Of a stretch of 64,000 bases of DNA, positions 51,810 through 64,000 are shown piece after piece. The position numbers and the translations under genes were made by a program. The notes beneath the pieces were generated by a model that saw nothing but the letters and a program-made list of their open reading frames with translations, had not been told where the DNA came from and did no database searches. Location of the stretch: positions 8,494,001-8,558,000 of the forward strand of contig CM075985.1 in NCBI GenBank assembly GCA_038087875.1. Reading direction: 5' to 3'. Source of the DNA: Malacoraja senta (taxonomy: Eukaryota). The first letter of the stretch is position 1; the number at the start of each line of letters is the position of its first letter.

Positions 51810-52000
51810 CTGATTACTGATGTTGAAAAGGAAATGGCCATGTCACTAGGCCAAACCCCATGTTTTGTATGAATAGTGCTTTCGGATGTATTGTAGCCAC
51901 CCGAAACCAGACAGGGTCTTAGCTTAATCATCCAAAACATGGCGCTGATTCTGTCCAATATTTGCACAGAACACTTGGCTGAGTGTCCACTGGGAACATT
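51810..52000 (-). mobile_element. Ancient DeuSINE (SacSINE1/AmnSINE-like) core relic
   Basis: gaatagtgc..ggat..ccacc.ga..cagacagggtct..taa..catcc.aaa resembles the Deu domain reverse complement as I recall it; a second relic at about 63030-63140. Confidence 0.5.
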
Positions 52001-53079
52001 GTATTCACATGCACTTTCAACAAGGATGACTGGTTGGTAACCAGGAACAAGGGCCTTGACATCTTGATCGTAACCCTGAGACGTGATGATGTGTTCCCGC
52101 TTTGTTAAGCACAGACCAAATACTGAAATATCATTCTAATGTCCAGGTGCTTGGAATTAAATCATTGACCTACAGAGAATCATAATCATAATTGAGAGTT
52201 GATGATACAGTGCATTGGCAGAGGGTCTTTTGTTAATGAAACTAAATCCACACCAAATAATTAAGAACAATATTTGTTCTAAAATATTTCGCTATTCATT
52301 TTAAGGTTCTTATGTGATAGTTCTGACTAATTTTACCAAAATAAATTGGTCTAAAATTAAATTGACATTGATGCAGTCGAGGTGCTTAGCAAAAATTGTG
52401 ATTTGCAGATGTTGCTGAGATAGAGGATGTTTAATTTGCTTCTTGTCTGCCAGCCCTAGCTTAATGCACAGAATCCAGCAGAAATGCTTCCTTTCATACC
52501 ACAAAATTATTGATGGGAGTGAATTGGTGATTGCAAATCATTAGGGTGAAAGAAGAGCGAATGACCTTCCCACGATAACTGGAAATCCTGAATTATGCAA
52601 CTTCCCCATTATTTTATCACGCTTTAGAAGCCATGTAATAAATGAATATACTTTGTCTTGTCACATGATTTCATTCTCAATAATTCATATTCTGCCTAAT
52701 TTTCCAAATGCAGGTAGGTATGGCAGGTGGCAATAGGTTGTGATGTTTCGAGCCCAACAGTGATTTGGGGAATTTAATTGGGTGGGTCTTTATAATGCTA
52801 CAGTTCCGGGGCATTAAATTATACTTTTATTATCTTTGGACTGGGAATCTCTATCTTGGTTATTGTTTACCACTTAGTGATTAGAAAAGATGTAGAAAAA
52901 TATCACTATCAAAATTCTTTCTGAAAGGTACAGATACATTGGTCTGAATAATTATTTCAGTTCCCAGTCTTTTGTTTGCTTATAGTTCTTTGAATTAACC
53001 TAATGAAAATGTTGATTTTAGTTTTCACATTTGTTTAATTCCATCCAGTAATGGTGTAGGGTTGAGTTAATGTGCCTTT

Positions 53080-53830
53080 ATTTCAGAAGGAGAGCGCTAA
53101 ACTAAGGAACTAAAGGCTGGTGAGCCTTGCATCTGTGGTGGGAAATTTATTGGAAAATATTCTGAGAGACAGGGTTTATTTTCATTTAGAAAAGCAGAGC
53201 CAGATGATGGATAGCCAGGATCACTTTGTGCCTGGCAAATCATAGCTCACAAGTTTTGAAGTGGCAACCAACATGAGTGAGGCTGAGGATATAGTCCTTG
53301 AATATTCAGAATATTCAAACTCCAGAATGTTTGAACAAGTGGGATCCAAAGTTTGCTGGCTAATTGGATGTAAAATATTATTGGTGATAGTGGAAGGTTC
53401 ATAAGATCATAAGTGATAGGAGCAGAATTAGGCCATTCAGCCCCTGAAGTCTACTCTGCCATTCAATCATGGCTGATCTATCTCTCCATCCTAACCCCAT
53501 TCTCCTGCTGTCTCCCCATAATCCCTGACACACATTTTAATTACGAATCTATCTATCTCTGCCTTAAATATATCCACCTTAAATATATCTGGCTTAAATA
53601 TTTGGTGGCTTGTGACCAGTGGTGTACCATAGGAATTGATGTTGGTCCCTCTGTTTATCATATATATTAATTACATGGATAATAATATAGATAGATGGCA
53701 TGATCTGTAACTTTGCGGATGACACTAAAATTCGTAATGTTGTGGACAGATAGAAAGGTTATCAACGAATACGACAGGATATTGATCAATTTTGAAAGTG
53801 GGAACAAATGGCAAATAGAATTTAAAGCAG
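53080..53830 (+). mobile_element. Old CR1 RT fragment with a nested CR1-type 3' end
   Basis: VTSGVP and FADDTK remnants; insertion at about 53400-53600. Confidence 0.7.
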
Positions 53831-55305
53831 TATTATGATGTGATTTTGAGATAAAGAAAAGGGATGTTCTTTACATTTCAAAAGAAAATGGGGCTAGAAG
53901 CTCTGCTTGGGCCAAATGGGCCAATCTGTTTTTGTGGTATGGCTCAATCTCAGCTTTAGGCACAGGACTAGTGATGAGGGTACAATGCTTGAAGTTGGAG
54001 GACAATGATAATGGTATTGTTATGGGGAAGGTACATGTCCCTTATTTTAAGGTATTGTTGTTGTCTAGCAGTGTGAATTTATTCTATGTGCCTATCACAC
54101 AAATTGGATATAGAAGGTCTTGCATTCAACAACATTGTAATCCATGTTCCGGATTTGGTAACAAATGGCAATTTGTTTCTTTTATGCACAATGATGGCTG
54201 ATTTTTTTCCCTATCAGTGTACAGCAACACATCGAAATCTTTGATTAAGTATGCTACGTTCAAGAAACTTGCTGAATTGCTATGTCAGTGCAAATCTTTG
54301 CTGATCACATAAAGTTGGATCAGAGAAGGGTTTTATGCCAATTAATTCACCTTCCTGTCATTACTATATGTTACAGTCCAATGCTTTTCTTTTACCACAT
54401 TGATGTCCAAATTATCATGTATTTATCCGCACTAAATGATGCATTCTGCGTGGAATCTGTCCTCTTTGGTGCATGAAATGATAATGCGGTAACCAGACAG
54501 TGTGAAGTTAATTGGGTAATAGCCCTGTCTATCAAGTTTGATGGTCACAACCTTAAATCTAGCAGTCCTTCGCTCGTTGGATTTTTCTGAAAAAATTAGC
54601 CTGCTTTTATTTGGAGACATATCCGTATTTCCTGTTGCTTCTGCTCTTTAAATAGTCTATTTTTCTGCATAAAGTGACTTTTGGAGTCATACTGTTCATC
54701 GATTGCCAGGTGTGGTGGTGGAGGCAGATATGATAGTGGCGTTTAAGAGGCTTTTGAAATAGCCACATGGAAGTACAAGGAATCGAGGTATATGGATCAT
54801 ATACAGGCAGATGAGATCTGTTTAACGGCATCATGTTCGGCATAAACATTGTGGGGTGAAGGCCACATTCCTGTGCTGTACTATTCTATGTTCTATTCCA
54901 CTCCACCACAGCTGAAGCAGTGTTTTCAATAAATATGTTGTTCTTGTCTTGGCTCTTCAACTTTTTTCTGCCTTTAGCATAATCTGGCTATAATTTAATT
55001 GATGCCAGTTAATATTTTAAATCCCAAATAAGATTCTTGATATCTTCCTAGCCTTTTTCATTTGTTGTGTCATTATAATCCAGGCAATTGCTTGCTTTTT
55101 GATCAGAAATGAACATAGGAATCCAAAACTGATCTAACCTGACTAATATGTTTCTGTAACAATTTTGGTCAGAATTTAATTGCCTCCCTGTAATTGCCCT
55201 CTCTCTCTTGTTCTCCCTCTCCTGCTCTCCCCCTCCCCAAATTCTCCCTTGCTGCTATTCTGTGCGATGCCTCCCTCCCTCCTGCAAAATGAGTTCTGTG
55301 TCTTA

Positions 55306-55915
55306 AGCCCCGTCCCACTTAAGCGATTACGCTGTCGCCACATGGTCGCAGGGCGACGCCTGTCGTGAGTAGTCTCCTCAAGTAGCTTAAAGAGTCGTAA
55401 CGTTTTTCTGGTCGCCGCTGGATTTTGAAATGTTCAAAACTTTTCAGCGACTGTGGGCTTGATGTAGTTTGTCTTCTACTGTTGTAGGTGCTGTTGTAGG
55501 TTGTCGCCAGGATGACGCAGGTTGTCGCCAAGCGACGTTGGTTGTCGTTGGTTGGTGCTGACTGCGATGAATTCCATTAGCAACTACCTACGTCAACCAG
55601 TGACAGGTACCGGCGACTGAATTGTCTTCAGTTGTCTTCAGTTGTCACCAACAGGGTCGTTGCTTGTCGTAGTTTGTCGCGAGTGGACATAAGTTGACTT
55701 TGGTTGTCATAGGTTGTCGCCTGTGTTGTCGTAGGTGGAAGTCCTAATGGGTCGTCGGTTGTCAGTAGCTTGCCGTAGCTTGACATCGACTAAGTAGTAG
55801 GTTGTCGTAGCTTGTCGTAGACATTGTCATGGGGGGGGGTCCAGTTGCCGCTTTTTCGGTGACCTGCTATGACTGTGACAGTCGCCAAAAAAATCGCCTG
55901 AGTGGGACAGGCACT
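55306..55915. mobile_element. Harbinger-type element, family B, with internal GGTTGTCG microrepeats
   Basis: TIR AG.CC.GTCCCACT.A.GCGA; perfect TTA TSD. Confidence 0.85.
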
Positions 55916-56392
55916 TTACGTTATTGCGAACCAAGCCTAGTTGGGTGCAGCCCCTGATTCTCATTCATTTTCATATATTATTGTTATTACTTTGTGCAAT
56001 GAGTGTCACTGACAAAGTTTATATTTATTGTATCTCGCTCATTGCTCTTTAGATGGTGCGAGGCATGCTGTAGAATTATTGCAGTGTTTTTGGTAAAGGA
56101 ACTTCAAGAGCTGTGAGATAGAAGTTCCAGGACTCATAAACAGTGACAATTAAGCAGCGGCAGTATATTTGATGCTGTGTGACTTGCAGGGGAACCTGTA
56201 GCGGGTGGAATTGCTGCGCCCTTGACTGGTGCAGGGTTTGAGAGTTACAGAAGCCTGGACTAGTATTCTTGAATGTTGGAACTGTATCCAAGCAAATTGT
56301 GTGCATTACACATGTTGGTAATGGTCATTTGGATGTGAGCTGTTTACTACCTGATGCTCTGTTTTTGGGCTGTTATTTGAGTAATGGTAGTT

Positions 56393-57177
56393 TGATTTGG
56401 ACGAGGGAATTGAATGCAACATCTCCAAGTTTGCGGATGACACGAAGCTGGGGGGCAGTGTTAGCTGTGAGGAGGATGCTAGGAGGCTGCAAGGTGACTT
56501 GGATAGGCTGGGTGAGTGGGCAAATGCATGGCAGATGCAGTATAATGTGGATAAATGTGAGGTTATCCACTTTGGTGGCAAAAACAGGAAAGTAGACTAT
56601 TATCTAAATGGTGGCCGATTAGGAAAAGGGGAGATGCAACGAGACCTGGGTGTCATGGTACACCAGTCATTGAAAGTAGGCATGCAGGTGCAGCAGGCAG
56701 TGAAGAAAGCGAATGGTATGTTAGCATTCATAGCAAAAGGATTTGAGTATAGGAGCAGGGAGGTTCTACTGCAGTTGTACAGGGTCTTGGTGAGACCACA
56801 CCTGGAGTATTGCGTACAGTTTTGGTCTCCAAATCTGAGGAAAGACATTCTTGCCATAGAGGGAGTACAGAGAAGGTTCACCAGACTGATTCCTGGGATG
56901 TCAGGACTTTCATATGAAGAAAGACTGGATAGACTCGGCTTGTACTCGCTAGAATTTAGAAGATTAAGGGGGGATCTTATAGAAACGTACAAAATTCTTA
57001 AGGGGTTGGACAGGCTAGATGCAGGAAGATTGTTCCCGATGTTGGGGAAGTCCAGGACAAGGGATCACAGTTTAAGGATAAAGGGGAAATCCTTTAGGAC
57101 CGAGATGAGAAAAACAGGCTCGAAGGGCCGAATGGCCTACTCCTGCACCTATTTTCTATGTTTCTATGTTTCTATGT
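56393..57177 (+). mobile_element. Young CR1 LINE 3' fragment with internal deletion near 57115
   Basis: ORF 56397-57203; tail TTTCTATG repeats. Confidence 0.97.
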
Positions 57178-58500
57178 CCTGTCCAGTTGCATTTCTGGAG
57201 TAGATTTTGTGTTTAAAGTGGGGTAGTTGGTTAGGCTTTCGTCTCATTGGAAACGGTCATTGCTTGCATTCTCTGAGGCACAAATGTTACCAGCCACTAA
57301 TCAGCTCATACCTGGATATTGTTTAGGACATGCTCCATGCAGATGTGGACTGATTCAATTTCTGAGGAGTTAAATATGAATAAAATTAAACATCAGTGAT
57401 TTACTTACTTGGAAATGTCTAGATTGTATTTAGCTTTTATTATGTATTGATTATTGTTGCAAGATATAAAATTAGTGTTGCACTTTGTAAATTTTGACTG
57501 TCTCAATGACTGAGCATTTTGCTTCACTGTTTTATTTGCTAAAAACCTAACACAGGGCAATAATTGGATCCCAGCATCCATAATATCTGTTAGAATTTGA
57601 ATTGTAAATCTGAGTTTTTAAAAATATTTTTGAAAGTCATAATTATAATTCCACAGCTGTCTGATAAGTATATGCTGAAAGGAAAATTATTTTCTTCAGA
57701 AACACCTTAACAGTTGTTCACAAGCATATTCTTGTCACAAGAAACACATTTTATAATAACCATATTGATTGATATTTTCACATGCTCAAAGGTGAACTCA
57801 TAACTCTTCCTGTTTCATTTTTTTCTGTCTTGCTTCTCTGTCTCATCTGCTGCTATATTCTTAATTATTTCTGGTGCCCTTTTCCAACCTGCTAATCATG
57901 TGCCCACCGGTACAGTTCACCTGAGTGTAGATCTGGCTATGAACCAGGGTCTGGACACAATTCCTGCCTCTCTTATCCTTCTGATAATGGCCCCCTTGTC
58001 AAGTGAACCAATGAGGCCGGATTTCCAGCCTCCAGCAAGTCCATGGTCTTGGTTCAGCCATTGGGAGGGATTTAAGCCCAATGTTGTGTGGATGGGAGGG
58101 AGCAGGCATATATTGAGAGGAATTGAGTTCTTCCTTGGTTTTTCAGCCTCTACCTTAATCTCCATGCGCCTTACCTCATGTCATCACTGGCTGCTCCTTT
58201 AATGAATTGGAACCATTCTGGAGATTCCCTGCGTTGTTGATAAATCTACAAATAATATAGAAGAGACCAGGCAGGATATAAGCAGTGTTGGGGCTGAATG
58301 GACCCACTGTGTACTGTGGCACTATCAAAAGTAATCAAACTATTTCTTCAGTGCAAAACCCATGTGCAACAATAACACAAAATAAATTATTTGTTCACTA
58401 ATAAAACCAACTGTGAAGAGGAATAGGGAGAATGTGAAGTAAACAATTGAATTAATATTAATGTTGCTCTTGATGGACTGAGGGGATTGAACATAAATCA

Positions 58501-58619
58501 GAGATGCAAGAAATTGCGGATGCTGGAATCTTGTGCAAAAAGCAAAGTGCTGGTGGAACTCAGTGGGTCAGGCGGCATTGGACCAAGGCTATTTGTGGTC
58601 GGGTCCCTTCTTCAGACTC
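58501..58619 (-). mobile_element. Solo Penelope pLTR fragment
   Basis: 11-bp TSD AACATAAATCA at 58490-58500 and 58620-58630. Confidence 0.75.
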
Positions 58620-59112
58620 AACATAAATCATTGTTTTGAATTTGGAATAACTCTGGGGTTTTCCTGCTTTTATACCGTTTTCTTGGTAATTGGTAAAATA
58701 TGATTTGTCATGAACCACCTTACAAAGACGTATATAATGAAAATGCCACTGTTTTATATATAGATAAAGAGGTTAGGAGCTAATTGCTGAAATTGGGAGA
58801 TATAGATGAGGAGGCGTACAATGGATGTCATTGTAGAATATTAACTTAGCTGCAGGCAGTCTGTGATAACTAATTACTGGTGGGAAAATAACTGAACATG
58901 AACGTGAGAAACACTGACAGTGCTGGGAGATATAGGTTTTGTTTAAAGCGCTCATTTACCAAAAGGTAAACGTTTATCTCTGTTGCATACTTAACCTTAG
59001 GATTGTGATTTATCTGGCATCTTGCAGTATTTTGTCTCATCCTCCATCTTTGCTTCTTATTCAAAGCCCTCTTGAACCCCCATCTATGCACCATCTACTC
59101 TTATGCTACACA

Positions 59113-59612
59113 TAGGGTTGCCAACTGTCCCGTATTAACCGGGTCATCCCGTATATTGGGCTAAATTAGTTTGTCCCATACGGGACTGCCCTTGACCTGT
59201 ATTTGACTGCTACTAGTCGGGTTGAGGGGACTGTCGGGTCGGAGCGCCGCGTCCGGCCCCGCCTCACCAGTCCCAGCTGTCCGAACTTCGCTTACCGCCG
59301 ATGCCACCACCCCTCCTTCCCATGGCTGATCATCGGTTCATGAGTTAGATGGGATCCTGGACTTTGCGTGCAGCAGAGCACAAAGCCCAGCCGGCAGGCC
59401 AGCTGAGGAGTTTTAAGGAGGCGCAAAGTCCGGCGGCCGGGCCAAAACTCCTCAGCTGGCCCTCCAGCTGGGCTTTGTGTGCAGTCCAGCACCCGGGCCA
59501 ACTCATCACTCACCCAGCCATGGCCGTGTCGGTCAACGAATTGCCGTCGGGAATTTGTCCCTTATTTTGACCTTTCGTTCCTTATTTGGGAGTGAGAAAG
59601 TTGACAACCCTA
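59113..59612. mobile_element. hAT-type MITE (TAGGGTTGCCAA ends), copy 2
   Basis: Homologous to 39312-39845; TSD GCTACACA/GCTGCACT. Confidence 0.85.
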
Positions 59613-60721
59613 GCTGCACTTATACATCTCTCACCCATCCTTGCCTTAGGCCCACCCTCTGTCTCTTGCTCATTCAACCTATCCTGAGAAACCGGCATGC
59701 ATCCTCTTAGGACTTTCATTGTATGTTCTGAAATTTAAATATTTCAAGTTGCAACAAGCACATCATTGGTACAGATTCTCACAAAGCATTTTAAAATATG
59801 TCTGTTAGCTGTAATCAAATTTGCCTCCTAGCTTTTAATCAAATACATTTTGAAAATGGAACAGAACAGAATCCTTGCCATTTGAATTATTTTCTGCTGG
59901 TACACTGAAAGTCATTGATATGGTCTGACTTGCTTTCAAACATGCAGACCCTAGCAGTTTTTAAGTAAAAAAAATAACTCATTCCTGAATTAAGAGTGCG
60001 TTCATTATTAACTGATCCATTCAGACATGATGGCAGTGCACTCTCGCACCTCCAACAACATGGGTTTGATCCTGAGATTTGGTGTCATCTGTGTGAAGTT
60101 TGCACAATCACCCTGCAACTATGGTTTTCCCTGGGTGCTTTGGTTTCCTCCCGCTTCTCAAAAACTTGAGTTGGTAAGTGAAGTGGGGTCCTAATGTAGC
60201 TGAGAATTGGTCAATCAGAGTGAGGTTGATGGATATGTGTAAGAGAATAGGATATTTGAATATATATTGTGAATGAAAACGAGGATGGAGTTGAGGGGGT
60301 GACTCGGCACCTTCACTCTCGTGCAACAATGAAGCATAAGAATAGGCCCTTCGGCTCACAATGTCTGTGCCAAACATGATGCCCAGATCTTCTTTTATCT
60401 ACCTGTACATAATCCACATCCCTCCATTCCCTGCTAATCCATATGCCTATCCAAAAGTCTCTTAAATGCCACTATTGTATCTGTCGCAACCACCAACCCC
60501 GGCAGTGCGTTCCAGGCACTCGCTCCCCTCCGTTTTACAAAAAAAGTTGCCCCGCACATATATATATATGCAGGAATACATTTAACATTTCTATTTATTT
60601 TATATTTTCTTAGGACAAATACTAGAGAGCAGAGCTTTAAGGTGTGAGATGCAAAGTTTAAAGGAGTAGTGCAGGGCAACTTTATTTGTAAAACGGAGGG
60701 GAGCGAGTGCCTCGAATGCAC

Positions 60722-61146
60722 NNNNNNNNNNNNNNNNNNNNNNNNNNNNNNNNNNNNNNNNNNNNNNNNNNNNNNNNNNNNNNNNNNNNNNNNNNNNNNN
60801 NNNNNNNNNNNNNNNNNNNNNNNNNNNNNNNNNNNNNNNNNNNNNNNNNNNNNNNNNNNNNNNNNNNNNNNNNNNNNNNNNNNNNNNNNNNNNNNNNNNN
60901 NNNNNNNNNNNNNNNNNNNNNNNNNNNNNNNNNNNNNNNNNNNNNNNNNNNNNNNNNNNNNNNNNNNNNNNNNNNNNNNNNNNNNNNNNNNNNNNNNNNN
61001 NNNNNNNNNNNNNNNNNNNNNNNNNNNNNNNNNNNNNNNNNNNNNNNNNNNNNNNNNNNNNNNNNNNNNNNNNNNNNNNNNNNNNNNNNNNNNNNNNNNN
61101 NNNNNNNNNNNNNNNNNNNNNNNNNNNNNNNNNNNNNNNNNNNNNN
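60722..61146. other. Assembly gap
   Basis: N-run. Confidence 1.
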
Positions 61147-63228
61147 ATAAAATACATTTTGGCAGGTACATGCAAACTCCACACACACAGCACCTGAACT
61201 CAAGATTCAATCTGAGTCTCTAGCCCTGTGAGGCAGCACCTCTACTAGCTGCACAACTGTGTCACCTACATATATCCATCTCGGTTTCTAATCCCCATCC
61301 ATCTCGTACACATGCATGCGGAAATGAACACACAGAGCGTAACCTGATGCAGTACATTGTAAATTGTAAGGACAGCACGAGTGAGCAACACACGGTTGAC
61401 TATCATATTAATTATATTATTTAGACTGTCAGTGAATCAATTACTGGCAAGGGTAATACCTGTTTTTGTTCAATTTGTTTTGTGTCTTTATTCAGAAATA
61501 TGAAATATCCAGTGGTAAGGACTGTTCAGCCTCCTCAATTTATTATTTCAAATAAGCAAAGTTTAATACATGGACGCGTTTTCTTTGGTTTTCATTTGTA
61601 CAGCTAGGCCAGGAAGATCCAACTATCAACATTCCTTCCTTAAGGCTTTCCTGCATTGAAGAATACAGTGTAGCAGGGTGTATTCCCAATAGAATTTTGC
61701 CCTGAGGGGTGTATGAATTACCAGAGGAAGTAGTAGATGTTATTACAATGTATAAAATACATTTTGGCAGGTACATGGATAAGAAAGGTTTAGTTAGATG
61801 TAGGCCAAATGTGGACGAATGGGATTCACTCAGGTAGGTATGGATGAGTTGGGTTAAATGGTCTGCTTCTGTGTTGTATAACTCTATGACATCATTAGAT
61901 GTCATGTTACCAGAGGAAGTGGTAGATGCGGGTAAAATTACGATGTTTAAAAGACAGTTGGCCGAGTACATCGATAGGAAAGGTTCAGTGAGATGTAGGC
62001 GAAATGCAGGCAAGTGGGGTTCCCTCAGGTAGGAACCTTTGTCAGTATGAACGAGTTGGATCCAACAGTCTGTTTATGTGTTGTATAACTGACATCATTA
62101 GACCCAGCTTTGTTTCTCTTACATATGTTCCCATTAATCTGCTCCCACCACCAATTGTAACCAATAACAGATTGTTTTTCATATTGAATTTTACAGAGCT
62201 GTACAGTAGTGAAGTTACAGCACTAGATATCATTGCTGTGTTTATTATTGGTTCCTTGTATTCTTATTTTATATGTTAGTGCCGATCGCACAGTCGTCTG
62301 CTGCTCCTTGGTAAATACTGTTATTTACAACATTTGATAGGCTTTGCTGCTGAATATTCACCTGCCCACTTATACGTCTCAGACATTTGTTGGATAGAAT
62401 TCCTGACACCCTTATTACAGATGGAATCCAATGACATGTTGGCTTAGAAATCCTGGTGCTTCCATAGAATTCATTGACTAATGCTAGACTGGGGTGTTAT
62501 TAACAATTTATATTGTGGTATTCCTTCCCTCCCAGTTTCAACTTTCATTCCAACAATTGCCTCGGCTTCTACTGAGAGCAATGGGATTGAGACTGGTTTG
62601 GAGGTTGGGAAGGAGAAGGGGCTGTGGCACGAGAATAAACATCAGTACCTGGGATTGTGTCACTGAGGAAGGCAAAGGGGTAATGTGGGGATACATTCTG
62701 GAATGGTTATGGGAAGATTTGTGATATGGGAGACCAGAAGAGAGAGAGTGATGCTCTTTGGTGGAGACAAATTAAGTGTAAAATTACAAGCAGAGGGAGG
62801 AAAAGAATGAATGTTGGAAATGTGAGATTCAAAGCTTAGAATGGGTGGTTGTGTAAAATTGTTGGAATTAATGTTTGAAATCTAGAAGATTCCAATGTGG
62901 CGAGCCATAAGTGTTGTTTCTTGAGCTTATATTGGAGCAGTATAGGAGTCAAAAGCAGGGAGGCTAAATTGGGATTGAAGATTGAAGTGACAGGCAAATA
63001 GAAATTCAGGGCTACTCATTGGGACTGCAAAGCACCATAGGGTGTTTTATGTTCATCTGAGGGGGCAGGAAGAGCCTTGGTTTTAAATTTTATCTGACAG
63101 GGGACATCTTATTTTAAAATTACTACTCCCTCAACATCGTCAACTGTGGGGAAAGATAGTGAACTTGGAGAAGGTCAGAACGATATCTTGCAGAGTCCAC
63201 ATTACAGCAGAGGAGGTGTTGGAGGTCT

Positions 63229-64000
63229 TACATAGAAACATAGAAAATAGGTGCAGGAGTAGGCCATTCGGCCCTTCGAGCCTGCACCGCCATTCAATAT
63301 GATCATGGCTGATCATCCAACTCAGTATCCTGTACCTGCCTTCTCTCCATATCCCCTGATCCCCTTAGCCACAAGGGCCACATCTAACTCCCTCTTAAAT
63401 ATAGCCAATGAACTGGCCTCAACTACCCTCTGTGGCAGAGAGTTCCAGAGATTCACCACTCTCTGTGTGAAAAAGTTTTTCCTCATCTCGGTCTTAAAGG
63501 ATTTCCCCCTTATCCTTAAGCTGTGACCCCTTGTCCTGGACTTCCCCAACATCGGGAACAATCTTCCTGCATCTAGCCTGTCCAACCCCATAAGAATTTT
63601 GTACGTTTCTATAAGATCCCCTCTCAATCTCCTAAATTCTAGCGAGTATAAGCCAAGTCTATCCAGTCTTTCTTCATATGAAAGTCCTGACATCCCAGGA
63701 ATCAGTCTGGTGAACCTTCTCTGCACTCCCTCTATGACTATAATGTCCTTCCTCAGATTTGGAGACCAAAACTGTACGCAAAACTCCAGGTGTGGTCTCA
63801 CCAAGACCCTGTACAACTGCAGTAGAACTTCACTGCTCCTATACTCAAATCCTCTTGCTATGAAGGCCAACATACCATTCGCTTTCTTCACTGCCTGCTG
63901 CACCTGCATGCCTACTTTCAACGACTGGTGTACCATGACACCCAGGTCTCGCTGCATCTCCCCATTTCCTAATCGGCCACCATTTAGATAATAGTCTGCC
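63229..64000 (-). mobile_element. Young CR1 LINE 3' part, running off the window
   Basis: ORF 63322-63957 nearly identical to 8350-9075. Confidence 0.97.

Noticed and set aside
55480-55830. CRISPR-like short repeats
   Set aside because: Irregular GGTTGTCG microrepeats within a MITE; no spacers; eukaryotic context.
57900-58202. Overlapping 82- and 100-aa ORFs
   Set aside because: No recognisable domain or convincing splice pair.
60500-61175. Inverted CR1-derived segments next to the gap and a 25-bp duplicate of sequence near 61752
   Set aside because: Adjacent to an N-gap, so it cannot be distinguished from an assembly artefact.

Overview
Repeat-dominated vertebrate DNA with four assembly gaps. 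The repeat set (young CR1 LINEs, V-SINE/HE1-type tRNA SINEs, DeuSINE relics, Penelope pLTR fragments) points to a cartilaginous fish, probably a skate or ray; this is inference. I see no intact host protein-coding gene. Most long ORFs come from CR1, Tc1, Penelope, Vingi-like or Proto2-like elements, low-complexity tracts or N-runs. The main non-repeat signal is on the minus strand across about 200-21,040: decayed pieces of at least four tandem galactose-3-O-sulfotransferase-like units. Their phase-1 splice sites could join the end of one catalytic domain to the start of the next, suggesting a dead multi-domain sulfotransferase gene or tight cluster. This was identified by manual motif matching only. 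Other notable structures: short TSD-flanked Penelope fold-back insertions carrying minimal hammerhead ribozyme cores; a 265-bp inverted duplication marking an inversion that split a CR1; a non-autonomous Helitron; a 1-kb DNA element with a 7-bp TSD; and five Harbinger-type and several hAT-type MITEs.
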